From: Halobacteriales archaeon QS_5_68_33
GTDB taxonomy: Archaea; Halobacteriota; Halobacteria; Halobacteriales; Haloarculaceae
Length of the DNA stretch: 64,000 bases
NCBI GenBank assembly: GCA_003023785.1
Contig: PXRS01000077.1
Coordinates: 57,033 to 121,032, forward strand
Direction of reading: 5' to 3'
Shown here: piece after piece, positions 38,486 to 48,782 of the stretch
Layout of the letters: every line of letters begins with the position of its first letter
Position numbering within the stretch: the first letter of the stretch is position 1
Made by a program: the position numbers and the translations under genes
The notes under the pieces: model-generated
What the model was told of the DNA's origin: nothing
Databases searched by the model: none
Seen by the model: the letters and a program-made list of their open reading frames with translations, nothing else

Positions 38486-39258
38486 TACACCAGCTCGCCG
38501 GAGACGAACTTGCGGGTGCGCTCGTCGTCGGGGTCGGCGAACACGCGCTCGGTCGGGCCGACCTCGGCGATGCCGTCGTCCAGCATCACGGCGACGCGGT
38601 CGGCGACGCGCTCGGCCTGGTGCATGTCGTGGCTCGCGACCACGACACCGATGCCCCGCTGGCTGGCTCGCCGGACTGCATCCTCGACCACGGCCGTGTT
38701 CCGCGGGTCCAGGTCCGAGGTCGGTTCGTCGAGCAGGAACACGTCGGGGTCGTAGGCCAGCGCCCGGGCGAAGGAGACGCGCCGGGCCTCCCCGCCCGAC
38801 AGCGACCCGGCGTGGCGGTCGAGGCTGTCGCCCAGCCCCACGACGTCGAGCGCCTCTCGGACGGCGGAGTCGACCGCCTCCGCGTCGGGCGAGCCGACGA
38901 GCGACCGGAGTCCGTCCCGGACCCGCTCGGGCCAGGACCGCCGCACCCGGAGGCCGTAGGAGACGTTCCGGGCGACGGAAGCGTCGAAGAGGCTCGCCTC
39001 CTGGAACACCATCCCGACCCGCCGCCGGAGCGCCAGGCGCTCGGATTCGCCGGCGGCCCAGGCGTCCGTCCCGTCGAGTTCGACCGTCCCCCGGTCGGGC
39101 GCGACGGCGAGCGAGAGCAGGCCCAACAGCGTCGTCTTCCCGACGCCGGAGGGGCCGATGACCGCGAGCACCTCGCCGCGGTCGACACCGACCGAGACGT
39201 CCCGCAGGACGGACTCGCTCCCGTAGGCGAGCGAGACGCCCCGCGTCCGGAGGATCAT
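38482..39258 (-). CDS. tupC: tungstate ABC transporter ATP-binding protein (TupC-like)
   Basis: Starts at [13 protein letters not shown]. Walker [38 protein letters not shown] overlap with the upstream permease. Confidence 0.75.
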   Translation of the reverse strand: MILRTRGVSLAYGSESVLRDVSVGVDRGEVLAVIGPSGVGKTTLLGLLSLAVAPDRGTVELDGTDAWAAGESERLALRRRVGMVFQEASLFDASVARNVSYGLRVRRSWPERVRDGLRSLVGSPDAEAVDSAVREALDVVGLGDSLDRHAGSLSGGEARRVSFARALAYDPDVFLLDEPTSDLDPRNTAVVEDAVRRASQRGIGVVVASHDMHQAERVADRVAVMLDDGIAEVGPTERVFADPDDERTRKFVSGELVY

Positions 39259-39971
39259 CGCCGGACCCTCCCGCCGCCGAACCGGACCACCGCGGCGTTG
39301 ACGAGGAGGACGAGACAGACGAGCACCGCCCCCAGCAACAGCGCGGTCTCGTACCGGCCCTGCCGGGCTTCGAGCTGGATGGCGGTCGTCAGCGTCCGGG
39401 TGCGGGAGACGCCGTCCGAACCCACGATGTTCCCGCCGACGATGAGGACCGACCCGACCTCGCTTATCGCCCGGCCGAACCCCGCGAGGACCGCCGTCGC
39501 GATGCCGTACCGGGCCTCCGTGACGGTGACGAGCGCGACGTCGAGACGGGTGCCCCCGAGGGCGCGCGCGGCGTCGCGAACCCCGTCGTCGACCGCCGAG
39601 ACGGCCGCGAGGCTGATCGCCGTGATCGGCGGCGCCGCGAGGACGAACTGCGAGACGATCATCGCCTCCGTGGTGAACACGAGGTCGAGCGGGCCCAGCG
39701 GCCCCTGGTTCGAGACGGCGAACAGCACGACGAGGCCGACGACGACGCTCGGGAACCCCATTCCCGTGTTGACGACCGACGTGAGCAGGCGCTTGCCCGG
39801 GAAGTCGGTGAACGCGACCAGGAGCGCGAACGGGACGCTCACCGCCGTGCTCAGCGCGACGGCCACGCAACTCACGTACAGCGAGACGCGGACGATGCTC
39901 CGGAGGTAGACGGGGTCGAACGGGAACTGCAGGAGGAGCGCGCCGAGCGCGGCGACGGGGCCGGGCGACAC
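39255..39971 (-). CDS. tupB: tungstate ABC transporter permease (TupB-like)
   Basis: 238 aa permease with an EAA-type loop ([22 protein letters not shown]). Confidence 0.75.
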   Translation of the reverse strand: MSPGPVAALGALLLQFPFDPVYLRSIVRVSLYVSCVAVALSTAVSVPFALLVAFTDFPGKRLLTSVVNTGMGFPSVVVGLVVLFAVSNQGPLGPLDLVFTTEAMIVSQFVLAAPPITAISLAAVSAVDDGVRDAARALGGTRLDVALVTVTEARYGIATAVLAGFGRAISEVGSVLIVGGNIVGSDGVSRTRTLTTAIQLEARQGRYETALLLGAVLVCLVLLVNAAVVRFGGGRVRR

Positions 39972-39973
39972 GG

Positions 39974-40912
39974 CTACCGGGTCCCGTTCGCGCTCCAGCC
40001 CGCCGGGACGTACTGCCGGAAGTTCGGGTCCTCGGAGAGGGCGCGCGGGAAGAACAGTTGCTCCCCGTCCGACTCGTAGTTCGCGATGCGCTCCTGCCCG
40101 TCGGGGCTCGTGACGTAGCCGATGTAGGCCATCGCCAGGTCGTAGTTGACGTTCCCGTGGACCGCGGGGTTCACCGCGATGATCCCGTAGGGGTTTGCGA
40201 GCAGGTCCGGACCGCCCTCGATCGGCCCCTGGACCCGAACGGTGAGATCGATCTCCGACCGCTGGGAGAGGAAGGTGCCCCGGTCAGAGAGCGCGTAGGC
40301 GCCCTGTTCGTCGGCGATGTTCAGCACCTCGCCCATCCCCTGGCCGGTCTCCTGGTACCAGCCGCCGCCGGGGTCGACCCCCGCCCCGTCCCATACCGCG
40401 AGTTCCTTGGTGTGGGTCCCGGAGTCGTCACCCCGCGAGACGAACGGCGCGCCGGCCTCGGCGATGGCCGCGAACGCCTCCGTCGCCGACGCCATCCCGT
40501 CGATGCCGGCGGGGTCGCTCGCCGGGCCGACGACCACGAAGTCGTTGAACATCAGGTCCCGGCGGTTGACCCCGTATCCCTGGCGCGTGAACTCGTCCTC
40601 CAGCGAGCGGGCGTGGACCATCACGACGTCCGCGTCGCCGTTGCGGGCCGTCTCCAGGGCCGCGCCGGTCCCCTGGGCGACCGCCTCGACGGTGACACCG
40701 TACCGCTCCTCGAAGTGCGCGTTCAGTTCCGCCAGGAGCCCCGTGTCGTACGTGCTCGTCGTCGTCGTCAGGGTGAGCGTCTCGCCGACCACGCCGGGCC
40801 GGTCCCCGCCCCCGCTGGCCCCAGTGACCGCCGAACACCCCGCCAGTCCGCCCGCCGTCGCCGCTCCCAGCGCCGCGACGAACCGCCGCCGCGTGGCCCG
40901 ATGTTTCGACAT
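39974..40912 (-). CDS. tupA: tungstate ABC transporter substrate-binding lipoprotein (TupA-like)
   Basis: Tat/lipobox [31 protein letters not shown]...[21 protein letters not shown]...[16 protein letters not shown] blocks. Confidence 0.8.
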   Translation of the reverse strand: MSKHRATRRRFVAALGAATAGGLAGCSAVTGASGGGDRPGVVGETLTLTTTTSTYDTGLLAELNAHFEERYGVTVEAVAQGTGAALETARNGDADVVMVHARSLEDEFTRQGYGVNRRDLMFNDFVVVGPASDPAGIDGMASATEAFAAIAEAGAPFVSRGDDSGTHTKELAVWDGAGVDPGGGWYQETGQGMGEVLNIADEQGAYALSDRGTFLSQRSEIDLTVRVQGPIEGGPDLLANPYGIIAVNPAVHGNVNYDLAMAYIGYVTSPDGQERIANYESDGEQLFFPRALSEDPNFRQYVPAGWSANGTR

Positions 40913-40976
40913 CGATACATCGGCTTCTCGCCGGGAAAGCATAATGGTTTTGCCGCCCGGTGCGTGGCCAGAGCCG

Positions 40977-41684
40977 ATGGACGCGAGCGTGGACGCGCAG
41001 TTGCGCGCCGACGGGGTCGCCTTCGAGGCGGCAGACGCCGCCCTGTTGCGCGCCGTCGGCGAGGCGGGGTCGGTCAGCGGCGCCGCGTCGGACCTCGACC
41101 GGTCCCGCGCCAGGGCTTTGGACCGCATCGAGACGCTGGAGGGGGCGTTCGGGCCCCTGGTCGAGCGCCGGCGGGGCGGCGCGGGCGGCGGGGGGAGCGA
41201 ACTCACCCCGACCGCTCGCGAGTTGCTCGCCGAGTTCGCCCGCCTGCAGGCGACGCTGGCCGGGACCGCCGGCCTCGAGGAGCGCGTCCTCCCCGGCACG
41301 GTCCGGGAGCGGGAGGGCGAACTCGGCGTCGTCGAGACGGACGCGGGGGCGGTGCGGGCGCGGCTCGTCGCCGGGCCGGACCGCGACCCGCCGGAACCCG
41401 GGGACGACGTGCAAGTCGGCATCCGGTCGGACGCCGTGACGCTGCACGCGCCGGCCGACTCCCCGCCGGCCGACGGAACCAGCGCACGCAACCGCTTCGA
41501 GGGGACCGTCGTCGACGTCGACCGCCGAACGGCCGTCGGGAGCATCTCGGTCGAGGTGGGCGGCCCGGAACCGCTCGTCGCCGTCCTCACCCGGGAGAGT
41601 CTCGACCGCCTCGCGCTCGAACCCGGGTCGGCCGTCGTGGTGACGTTCAAGGCGACGGCGACCCGGGCGATTCCAGTCGAATGA
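40977..41684 (+). CDS. modE: ModE-like molybdate-responsive regulator (wHTH plus a TOBE/Mop domain)
   Basis: N-terminal [37 protein letters not shown]-terminal [13 protein letters not shown]...[13 protein letters not shown] fold. Divergent from tupA. Confidence 0.75.
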   Translation: MDASVDAQLRADGVAFEAADAALLRAVGEAGSVSGAASDLDRSRARALDRIETLEGAFGPLVERRRGGAGGGGSELTPTARELLAEFARLQATLAGTAGLEERVLPGTVREREGELGVVETDAGAVRARLVAGPDRDPPEPGDDVQVGIRSDAVTLHAPADSPPADGTSARNRFEGTVVDVDRRTAVGSISVEVGGPEPLVAVLTRESLDRLALEPGSAVVVTFKATATRAIPVE

Positions 41685-41760
41685 CGCCCTCCCCGGCGTG
41701 AACCTCGTTCGTGCGACCGCTTGCCAAACGTTGATGGTCGTTCCGCCGGAACCCGGGACG

Positions 41761-42855
41761 ATGGGAATCTCGGTCCCCTACCGGGAGGACGCCGCGGTCG
41801 ACCTCGCGTGGAACGAGGTGACCGGCGCGGTGGGGGACGCGGCGACGGTGCTGCCGGTCGTGGTCGCCGTCGCGGTGCTGACCGACCTGACGCTGCCCGT
41901 GATGCTCGTCTGGTTCGGCGTCTTCCAGGTCGTCTGGGGGCTGTACTACGGCGTACCCGTCTCGGTCGAGCCGATGAAGGCGCTGGCGGCGCTGGCCATC
42001 GCCGGCGCCGTCTCGACGGGCGAACTCGTCGTCGCCGGTCTCCTGCTGGCCGTCGTGCTCCTGCTCGTGGGCGCGACGAAATCGCTCGACCGGGTCGGGA
42101 CGTACGTCGGCCAGCCCGTCGTCCGCGGGATCCAGCTCGGGGTCGCGCTCGTGTTGCTGGAGATGGGCCTGGGCCTGGGACTGGAGCGCCCGCGCCTGGC
42201 CGCGGCCGCGAGCGTCGTCGCCATCGCCGTCCTCGCCGGCGGATACTGGAAGTCGAGCGGCCTGGTCGTCTTCGCGCTGGGCGCGGCCCTCGCGGTCGTG
42301 GATGCCGGCGTCCCCTCGCCGGCGCTCCCCTCGCCCCAGGCGCTGTTCGTGCTCCCGGCCGCCGAGTTCACGCTCGGGGCGCTGGAGGCGACCGTCGCGC
42401 AACTGGCGATGACCGTGGGCAACGCCGCGCTCGCGACGGCGGTCCTGCTGGGCGATTTCTTCGACCGGGACGTCTCGGCCGACGACCTCTCGACGAGCAT
42501 GGGCGTCACGAACGCCCTCGCGGTGCCCTTCGGCGGGCTGCCGATGTGTCACGGGAGCGGCGGCGTCGCCGGCAAGTACGCCTTCGGCGCCCGGACCGCG
42601 GGCGCGAACCTCGTCCTCGGCGTCGGCTACGTCGCCGTCGCCGTCCTCGGCGCCGGCCTCGTCACCGCCTATCCCGTGGCCGTCCTCGGGGTCATCCTCG
42701 CGCTCGTCGCCCTCCAGCTGGGCAAGACCAGCCTCGAACGCGCCGGGGAGTACCCCCTCGTCGTCGGCGTGGGCCTGCTCGGCCTGCTCGTCAACCTCGG
42801 CGTCGCCTTCGCCGTCGGCGTCGCCGTCCACCTGCTCCGCGAACGGGTCGCCTGA
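41761..42855 (+). CDS. putative sulfate/molybdate transporter (MOT1/SulP-related membrane protein)
   Basis: Polytopic 364 aa protein. N-terminal [20 protein letters not shown] and [11 protein letters not shown] blocks recall the MOT1-type family. Confidence 0.6.
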   Translation: MGISVPYREDAAVDLAWNEVTGAVGDAATVLPVVVAVAVLTDLTLPVMLVWFGVFQVVWGLYYGVPVSVEPMKALAALAIAGAVSTGELVVAGLLLAVVLLLVGATKSLDRVGTYVGQPVVRGIQLGVALVLLEMGLGLGLERPRLAAAASVVAIAVLAGGYWKSSGLVVFALGAALAVVDAGVPSPALPSPQALFVLPAAEFTLGALEATVAQLAMTVGNAALATAVLLGDFFDRDVSADDLSTSMGVTNALAVPFGGLPMCHGSGGVAGKYAFGARTAGANLVLGVGYVAVAVLGAGLVTAYPVAVLGVILALVALQLGKTSLERAGEYPLVVGVGLLGLLVNLGVAFAVGVAVHLLRERVA

Positions 42856-42933
42856 TACGGTCGGTTGTACCGATTGACCGGTATTTTGCCGACCGGTTCG
42901 ACGAAATCCGGAAATGATTTACAACCGACCGTA
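42856..42933 (-). mobile_element. MITE-like hairpin element, family 1, copy F (78 bp)
   Basis: TACGGTCGGTTGT...ACAACCGACCGTA flanked by TGA (42853-55, the stop codon of the transporter) and TGA (42934-36). Confidence 0.85.
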
Positions 42934-43050
42934 TGATGGAACCCGCTCCGGCCGCCGAGCGGAGCAGCCGCTGGCACCTGCTCGTCCTGCCCCCGACGGA
43001 ACGGCCGCGCGTGTCGTGGGTTTTTGACGGCCGGTCCCCTCGGGTCGGGT

Positions 43051-44289
43051 ATGACGGACCACCGCAGGACCGCGGGATTCAAAGACCGGACCCGGGTCGC
43101 GGCGGCCCGCGAGCGGTTGCTGGCGGCGGCCACGCCGCTCTCCCGCACCGAGACGGTGCCCCTCGGCGACGCCGACGGGCGCGTCCTGGCCGCGGAGGCG
43201 ACCGCCGCGCGGCCGGTGCCACACTACGCCCGGGCGGCGATGGACGGGTTCGCGGTCCGGGCCGAGAGTACCTTCGGCGCCAGCGACCGCGCGCCGGTCG
43301 AACTGGCGGTCGACGAGGAGGCGGGACCCCGGCGGGCGACGCGGGTCCACACCGGGAGCGAACTCCCCGAGGGCGCCGACGCCGTCGTCATGATAGAGGA
43401 AACCGAGCAGCGCGAGGACCGGGTCGAGGTGTTCGACGCCGTCGCCGGCGGCGAGAACGTCGCGCCCGTCGGCGAGGACGTCGGCGAGGGACAGCACCTC
43501 TACGACCCGGGCCACCGGCTCCGGCCCTCCGACCTGGGCCTGTTGAAGTCGGTCGGCGAGGAGACCGTCGAGGTGTACGAGCGACCCTGCGTCAGCGTGA
43601 TCCCGACCGGCGAGGAACTCGTCCAGGCCGACCCGGCGCCGGGCGAAGTCATCGAGACCAACGGCCAGACGGTCAGCCAGTACGTCCGGCGGTGGGGCGG
43701 CGATCCCGCTTACCGCGACGTCGTCACCGACGATTTCGACGCGCTCCGCGCGGCCATCGAGCGCGACCTGAACCACGACGTCGTCGTCACGACCGGCGGG
43801 TCCTCCGTGGGCGAACGGGACCTCCTCCCGGAGGTCGTCTCGGAACTGGGCGAGGTGCTCGTCCACGGCGTGGCGCTGAAACCCGGCCACCCGTTCGCCT
43901 TCGGGGAAGTCGAGGGGACCCTCGTCTGTCTGCTCCCCGGCTACCCCGTGGCGGCCATCGTCAACGCCGTCCAGTTCCTCCGGCCGGCGATACAGCGCGT
44001 GGGCCACCTCCCGCGGGCGGACCACCCGACGACCGAGGCCGAACTCGCGCGAAAGGTGACGAGCGAACCGGGAACCCGCTCGTTCGTGCGTGTCTCGCTG
44101 GATGAGAGGGGCGGCGAGGAAACGGACGGCGACGACGACCGACCGGTAGCGACGCCGACGCGGGCCAGCGGGTCGGGCGTCCTCTCCAGCGTCGCGCTGG
44201 CCGACGGGTGGGTGGTCGTCCCGGAGGAACTGGAGGGGTACGACGCGGGAACCACGGTGGCGGTCGAGAACTGGGAGTGGTCGGCGTGA
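43051..44289 (+). CDS. moeA: molybdopterin molybdenumtransferase
   Basis: MoeA N-terminal motif (VPHYARAAMDGFAVRAE) and the MoCF-binding domain (VVTTGGSSVGERD). Confidence 0.85.
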   Translation: MTDHRRTAGFKDRTRVAAARERLLAAATPLSRTETVPLGDADGRVLAAEATAARPVPHYARAAMDGFAVRAESTFGASDRAPVELAVDEEAGPRRATRVHTGSELPEGADAVVMIEETEQREDRVEVFDAVAGGENVAPVGEDVGEGQHLYDPGHRLRPSDLGLLKSVGEETVEVYERPCVSVIPTGEELVQADPAPGEVIETNGQTVSQYVRRWGGDPAYRDVVTDDFDALRAAIERDLNHDVVVTTGGSSVGERDLLPEVVSELGEVLVHGVALKPGHPFAFGEVEGTLVCLLPGYPVAAIVNAVQFLRPAIQRVGHLPRADHPTTEAELARKVTSEPGTRSFVRVSLDERGGEETDGDDDRPVATPTRASGSGVLSSVALADGWVVVPEELEGYDAGTTVAVENWEWSA

Positions 44290-46172
44290 GCGACCGCCGC
44301 GAGTTCCGCGAACTCGTCTCGCCCGACCGGGCGCGCGAGGTGCTCGACTCGCTCGACGTCGACCCCGATTCCGAACGCGTCGCGCTGGAGGCGGCACGGG
44401 GGCGCGTCCTCGCCGAACGGGTCGACGCTACAGTCGACGTGCCGGGGTTCGACCGGGCGAGCATGGACGGCTACGCCGTCCGGGCGCGGGACACCTTCGG
44501 CGCCGACGAGGCCGACCCCGTCGCGCTGTCGCTTGCCGGCGCGGTCCACGCCGGCGAAAAACCGACCGCGAGCGTCGGATCGGGGGCCGCCGTCGAGGTG
44601 TCGACCGGGGCCGTCATGCCGCCGGGCGCCGACGCCGTCGTCAAAGTCGAGGAGACGACCGAAACCGACGACGGCGTGGCCGTCCGGACGAGCGTCGCGC
44701 CCGGCGACGACGTGATGCTCGCGGGGGCCGACGTGGCCGCCGGCGCGCGGGCGCTCGGCCCCGGAACGCGGCTCACGGCCCGGGAGATCGGCCTGCTGTC
44801 GGCGCTCGGCGTCGACGAGGTGCCCGTCCGGGGGAAACCCCGGGTGGGCATCGTCTCGACCGGCGACGAACTCGTCCGGCCGGGCGGCGAGTTAGACAGC
44901 GACGCCGGGCAGATCTACGACGTGAACAGCTACACCATCGCGGCCGCCGTCGCGGAGGCCGGCGGCGACCCCCGCGTCTACCCCCACGTCGGCGACGACT
45001 ACGACGAGATGGAGCGCCTGCTGGTCCGGGGCGCCGAGGAGTGTGACCTGGTGCTGTCCTCGGGGTCGACGAGCGCCAGCGCCGTCGACGTCGTCTACAG
45101 CGTCATCGAGGAGCGGGGCGACCTGCGCCTGCACGGCGTCGCCGTCAAGCCAGGCAAGCCGATGATCGTCGGGGAGGTGGGCGAGTCGGCCTACGTCGGC
45201 CTGCCGGGCTACCCCGTCTCGGCGCTGACCATCTTCCGGGCGTTCGTCGCGCCGGTCGTCCGCGAGGCGGCCGGCCTCCCGGAACCCGAGACGGCCGTCG
45301 TGACGGGGCGGATGGCCGTCCGCGAGCGCTACGGCGAGGGACGCCGTCGCCTGATGCCCGCCGGCCTCGTGGCCGACGGCGACGGCGACCTCCTCGTGTA
45401 CCCCGTCGACAAGGGCAGCGGCGCGACGACGAGCCTCACGGAAGCCGACGGCATCGTCACCGTCCCCGCCGACACCGACTACCTCGCCGCCGGCGAGTCC
45501 GTCGACGTCTCGCTGTTCTCCCCCGAGGTCCGCCCGCCGCGCGTCCTCTGTGTCGGCGAGGACGACCCGCTCCTCTCGCGCGCTCTCGACCGGGTCGACC
45601 GCCCGCGGTTTCTCCCCGTGGGCACCCGCGAGGGACTGCGCCGCCTCCGCGAGGGGGTCCCCGACGTGGCCGTCGTCGCCGGCCCGGAGACGCCGGACGG
45701 CGAGACGGTCGACCTCGGCGGCTGGACCCGCGAGTGGGGGCTGGTCGTCCCCGAGGGAAACCCGGCGAGCATCGAGGGCGTCGCCGACCTCGTCGACCGG
45801 GACCTCCGGCTGGTCAACCGCGAGTCCGGGTCGGGTCTGCGCGCGAGTTTCGATGCGGCCGTCGACGCGCTGGCCGACGACCGGGACGAGCGCGGGCACG
45901 ACCTCACCGAGGCCATCGACGGCTACGGCCTCGCGGCCAGGGCCTACGAGAGTCCCGCACGGAAGGTCGCCGCGGGCGAGGCCGACGCGGGGCTGGGGCT
46001 GCGGGCGACCGCGACCGACCTCGGACTGGGGTTCGTCGCGCTCGGGACCCAGACGGTGGACGTGGTCGCCGCTCCTGACCGGGCCGACAAGGAGGGCGTT
46101 GCCGACCTGGGGCGTGCGCTCGACGAGTGCGAGTCGATAGCCGCGTCGCTCGACGGGTTCGAACCGCGGTGA
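44286..46172 (+). CDS. moeA: MoeA-family protein fused to a C-terminal periplasmic-binding-protein-like (oxyanion-binding) domain
   Basis: The GTG start overlaps the upstream stop (GTGA). MoeA blocks (FDRASMDGYAVRA, VLSSGSTSASAVD) plus a PBP-like C-terminal extension of about 200 aa. Confidence 0.8.
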   Translation: MSDRREFRELVSPDRAREVLDSLDVDPDSERVALEAARGRVLAERVDATVDVPGFDRASMDGYAVRARDTFGADEADPVALSLAGAVHAGEKPTASVGSGAAVEVSTGAVMPPGADAVVKVEETTETDDGVAVRTSVAPGDDVMLAGADVAAGARALGPGTRLTAREIGLLSALGVDEVPVRGKPRVGIVSTGDELVRPGGELDSDAGQIYDVNSYTIAAAVAEAGGDPRVYPHVGDDYDEMERLLVRGAEECDLVLSSGSTSASAVDVVYSVIEERGDLRLHGVAVKPGKPMIVGEVGESAYVGLPGYPVSALTIFRAFVAPVVREAAGLPEPETAVVTGRMAVRERYGEGRRRLMPAGLVADGDGDLLVYPVDKGSGATTSLTEADGIVTVPADTDYLAAGESVDVSLFSPEVRPPRVLCVGEDDPLLSRALDRVDRPRFLPVGTREGLRRLREGVPDVAVVAGPETPDGETVDLGGWTREWGLVVPEGNPASIEGVADLVDRDLRLVNRESGSGLRASFDAAVDALADDRDERGHDLTEAIDGYGLAARAYESPARKVAAGEADAGLGLRATATDLGLGFVALGTQTVDVVAAPDRADKEGVADLGRALDECESIAASLDGFEPR

Positions 46173-46359
46173 GCCCGCGAGTCCGGCGGCGCGCGTTCCG
46201 GTCCGTCAGGTCATGAGCCCGACCGCTAGACCGATCACGAAGACGATCGCGACGAGCAACAGCGACCAGTCGGCCAGACTGGGGCCACCCGGGTCCGCGT
46301 CGTTCATCGCCTTGGCGACGAGGGCCAGGCCCCCCACCGCGACAATTGCCACCGTTTCG

Positions 46360-46436
46360 TACGGTCGGTTGTGATCAGTTCCGGATAGCGTCGAACCGCC
46401 CGGCGAATCACCGGTACATCGGTACAACCGACCGTA
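46360..46436 (+). mobile_element. MITE-like hairpin element, family 1, copy G (77 bp)
   Basis: TACGGTCGGTTGT...ACAACCGACCGTA. Flanks TCG / TGA are not identical. Shares the core GCCCGGCGAATCACCGG with copy I. Confidence 0.8.
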
Positions 46437-46531
46437 TGAGACAGCCCGCGAGGGCCGCTGCGGCCGAACCGGCTGTCGTCCCGAGGAGGTCGCGACGGCT
46501 GAGGGTGCGTTCGGAGGACATCTGACGAGAA

Positions 46532-48715
46532 TCACTCGTAGGCCCGCTCGACCTCGAACGTCGCTTCGAGGCCCGCGACCGTCACGGTGAACCGTCCCGG
46601 TTCGACGGTCCGTCGCCCGTCGTCGCCCATCACGCCGACCGCCTCGACCGGGAGTTCGAACCGCGCGGTGCCGGACTCGCCGGCGTCGAGATCGATCCGC
46701 GTGACGCCGGCGAGTTCCCGGACAGGGGTGACCCGCGAGCTACGCTCGTCCCGGACGAACAGTTCGACCGGTTCGCTGCCGGCGCGGTCGCCGACGTTGG
46801 AAACCTCGACCGCGACGTCGATCACCTCGCCCGGGCCGGCGCGGGTCTCCGAGAGGGAGATCCCCTCGTACTCGAACTCGGTGTAGGAGAGGCCGTGACC
46901 GTACTCGAAGAGCGGGTCGTAGGAGGGGGCGTGCGACCCCGGCGCGCCGTGCCGCCTCGGGTGCGGAAGGTGGTTGAACCGCGTCGGCAGGTGGCCCTCG
47001 GATTTCGGGATCGATATCGGGAGCGCGCCCGAGGGGTTGTTCTCCCCGAACAGCGTCTCCGCGACCGCGTGCCCGCCCTCCGACCCGGGGCGATAGGCCA
47101 GCACGATCGCTGGAACGTGCTCGGCGACCCAGGGCGTCGCGAGCACCCGACCGGTGACGAACACCGCCACCGTCGGCGTCCCCGTCGCGTGGATCTCCGC
47201 GGTGAGCTCGCGCTGTGCCTCGGGGAGTTCGAGCGAGACCCGCGTGGGGAACGTCTCGGCGTCGCCGTCCACGGTGCTCCGGGAGAACTCGTGGACGTAG
47301 TCCGGTTCGCCGAGAACGACCACCGCCGCGTCGGCCTCGGCCGCGGCGTCCCTGGCCGCCCCGAGGTCGCGCCGTTCGGTGACCGTACACCCCGGTTCGT
47401 GAGTGACCGTCGTGGCGTCGTCGGCGACGGCCTCGATCCCCTCCAGCACCGTCTCGCCGAGCGGTTCGGGGTCGTCGCCGACGTGGCCCCACCCGCCGTG
47501 CTGGTGGGCGAGGGCGTCGGCATTGGGCCCCGCGACGACGAGCTCCTCGACGCCGGAGAGCGGGAGCAGGTCTCCCTCGTTTTGCAGGAGCGTCATCGAC
47601 TCCCGGGCGAGGTCGCGCGCCACCTCGCGGTTCGCGTCGTTCCCGAGTCGTTCCGCCCGCTCCTCGTCGACGTACGGGTCCGCAAAGAGCCCCAGTTCGA
47701 CCTTCGCGCGCAGGACTCGACGGGCGCTCTCCTCGACGCGCGCCTCCGAGAGCTTCCCCGACTCGACCAGCGACAGGACGGTCTCGGCGTACTCGATGCC
47801 GCCGGAAGGCAGCAGGTCGATGCCGGCCGTGATCGCCTGCCAGAGCGACTCCTCCAGCGAATCCGTGACGCGGTGGCCGCGGTGGAGGTCCTCCGCGCCG
47901 GTGTAGTCCGCCAGGACGAACCCCTCAAAGCCCAGGTCCCGACGGAGGAGGTCCCCGAGGTACGTCCGGGAGCCGTGGACCGGTTCGCCGTTGATCGCGT
48001 TGTAGCAGGGCATGATCCCGCCGGTTCCGGCCTCGATCGCTGCCTCGTAGGGCGGGACGTGCACCCGCCGGAGCGTGTACTCGGCGTGGTCGTTGGGGGC
48101 GGCGTCCTCGCCGCGGACCCCCTCGCTGTACATCGGGAAGTGCTTCGCGACCGCGAGCACCGAGTCCGCGGCGGAGAGGTCCTCGCCCTGATACCCTTCG
48201 ACCATCGCCGCGGCCAGCCGCGCACACAGGCGGGGGCTCTCGCCGAAGGTCTCCTCGATGCGGCCCCACCGCTGGTCGCGGGCCACGTCGCCGATCGGAC
48301 TGCTCGTGGACTGGATCCCGACCGCGCGCAGTTCCTCGGCGGTGACGCGCGCGCCCTCGGCGACGAGGTCGGGGTCACGCGTCGCCGCCATGCCCAGCTG
48401 CTGGGGGAAGACCGTGCTCCCCGCGATGGCCGCCGCGCCGTGCTCGGCCATCGCGCGCTGGAACAGCGGCACGCCCAGGCGCGTCTCCTCCAGCGCGGCC
48501 TTCTGGACCGCGTTCGCGAACCGCGCCTGTTCGCCCGGCGTGTTGTGGGGCGTGCCGCCGAAGTGGACCGACCCCACGTGATGGTCGACGACCGCCTCGC
48601 GCACCGCCGCGAGGTCCCCGCTGGGTGGTACCCCGACCATCTGCCCGACCTTCTCCGCGACCGTCATCTCCTCGAGCAGTTCCTCAACTCGCGGCTCGGT
48701 GGATTGCCCGTCCAT
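46532..48715 (-). CDS. glycoside hydrolase family 3 (beta-glucosidase/xylosidase-like)
   Basis: 727 aa with GH3 N- and C-domains (MTVAEKVGQM..., ...GFVLADY.. region) and a fibronectin-III-like C-terminus. Confidence 0.85.
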   Translation of the reverse strand: MDGQSTEPRVEELLEEMTVAEKVGQMVGVPPSGDLAAVREAVVDHHVGSVHFGGTPHNTPGEQARFANAVQKAALEETRLGVPLFQRAMAEHGAAAIAGSTVFPQQLGMAATRDPDLVAEGARVTAEELRAVGIQSTSSPIGDVARDQRWGRIEETFGESPRLCARLAAAMVEGYQGEDLSAADSVLAVAKHFPMYSEGVRGEDAAPNDHAEYTLRRVHVPPYEAAIEAGTGGIMPCYNAINGEPVHGSRTYLGDLLRRDLGFEGFVLADYTGAEDLHRGHRVTDSLEESLWQAITAGIDLLPSGGIEYAETVLSLVESGKLSEARVEESARRVLRAKVELGLFADPYVDEERAERLGNDANREVARDLARESMTLLQNEGDLLPLSGVEELVVAGPNADALAHQHGGWGHVGDDPEPLGETVLEGIEAVADDATTVTHEPGCTVTERRDLGAARDAAAEADAAVVVLGEPDYVHEFSRSTVDGDAETFPTRVSLELPEAQRELTAEIHATGTPTVAVFVTGRVLATPWVAEHVPAIVLAYRPGSEGGHAVAETLFGENNPSGALPISIPKSEGHLPTRFNHLPHPRRHGAPGSHAPSYDPLFEYGHGLSYTEFEYEGISLSETRAGPGEVIDVAVEVSNVGDRAGSEPVELFVRDERSSRVTPVRELAGVTRIDLDAGESGTARFELPVEAVGVMGDDGRRTVEPGRFTVTVAGLEATFEVERAYE

Positions 48716-48782
48716 GGCAGCTACCCTGAGAGCGAGCGAAAAGTACCTTCGGGTGACCCGGACGAACCGGCGGGGCGTTCCG

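Noticed and set aside
46206-46535. A 109-aa track ORF on the minus strand, and a possible 33-aa hydrophobic ORF (46206-46307) inside it.
   Set aside because: Most of the ORF is read through MITE copy G. The short hydrophobic tail alone is too small to support.
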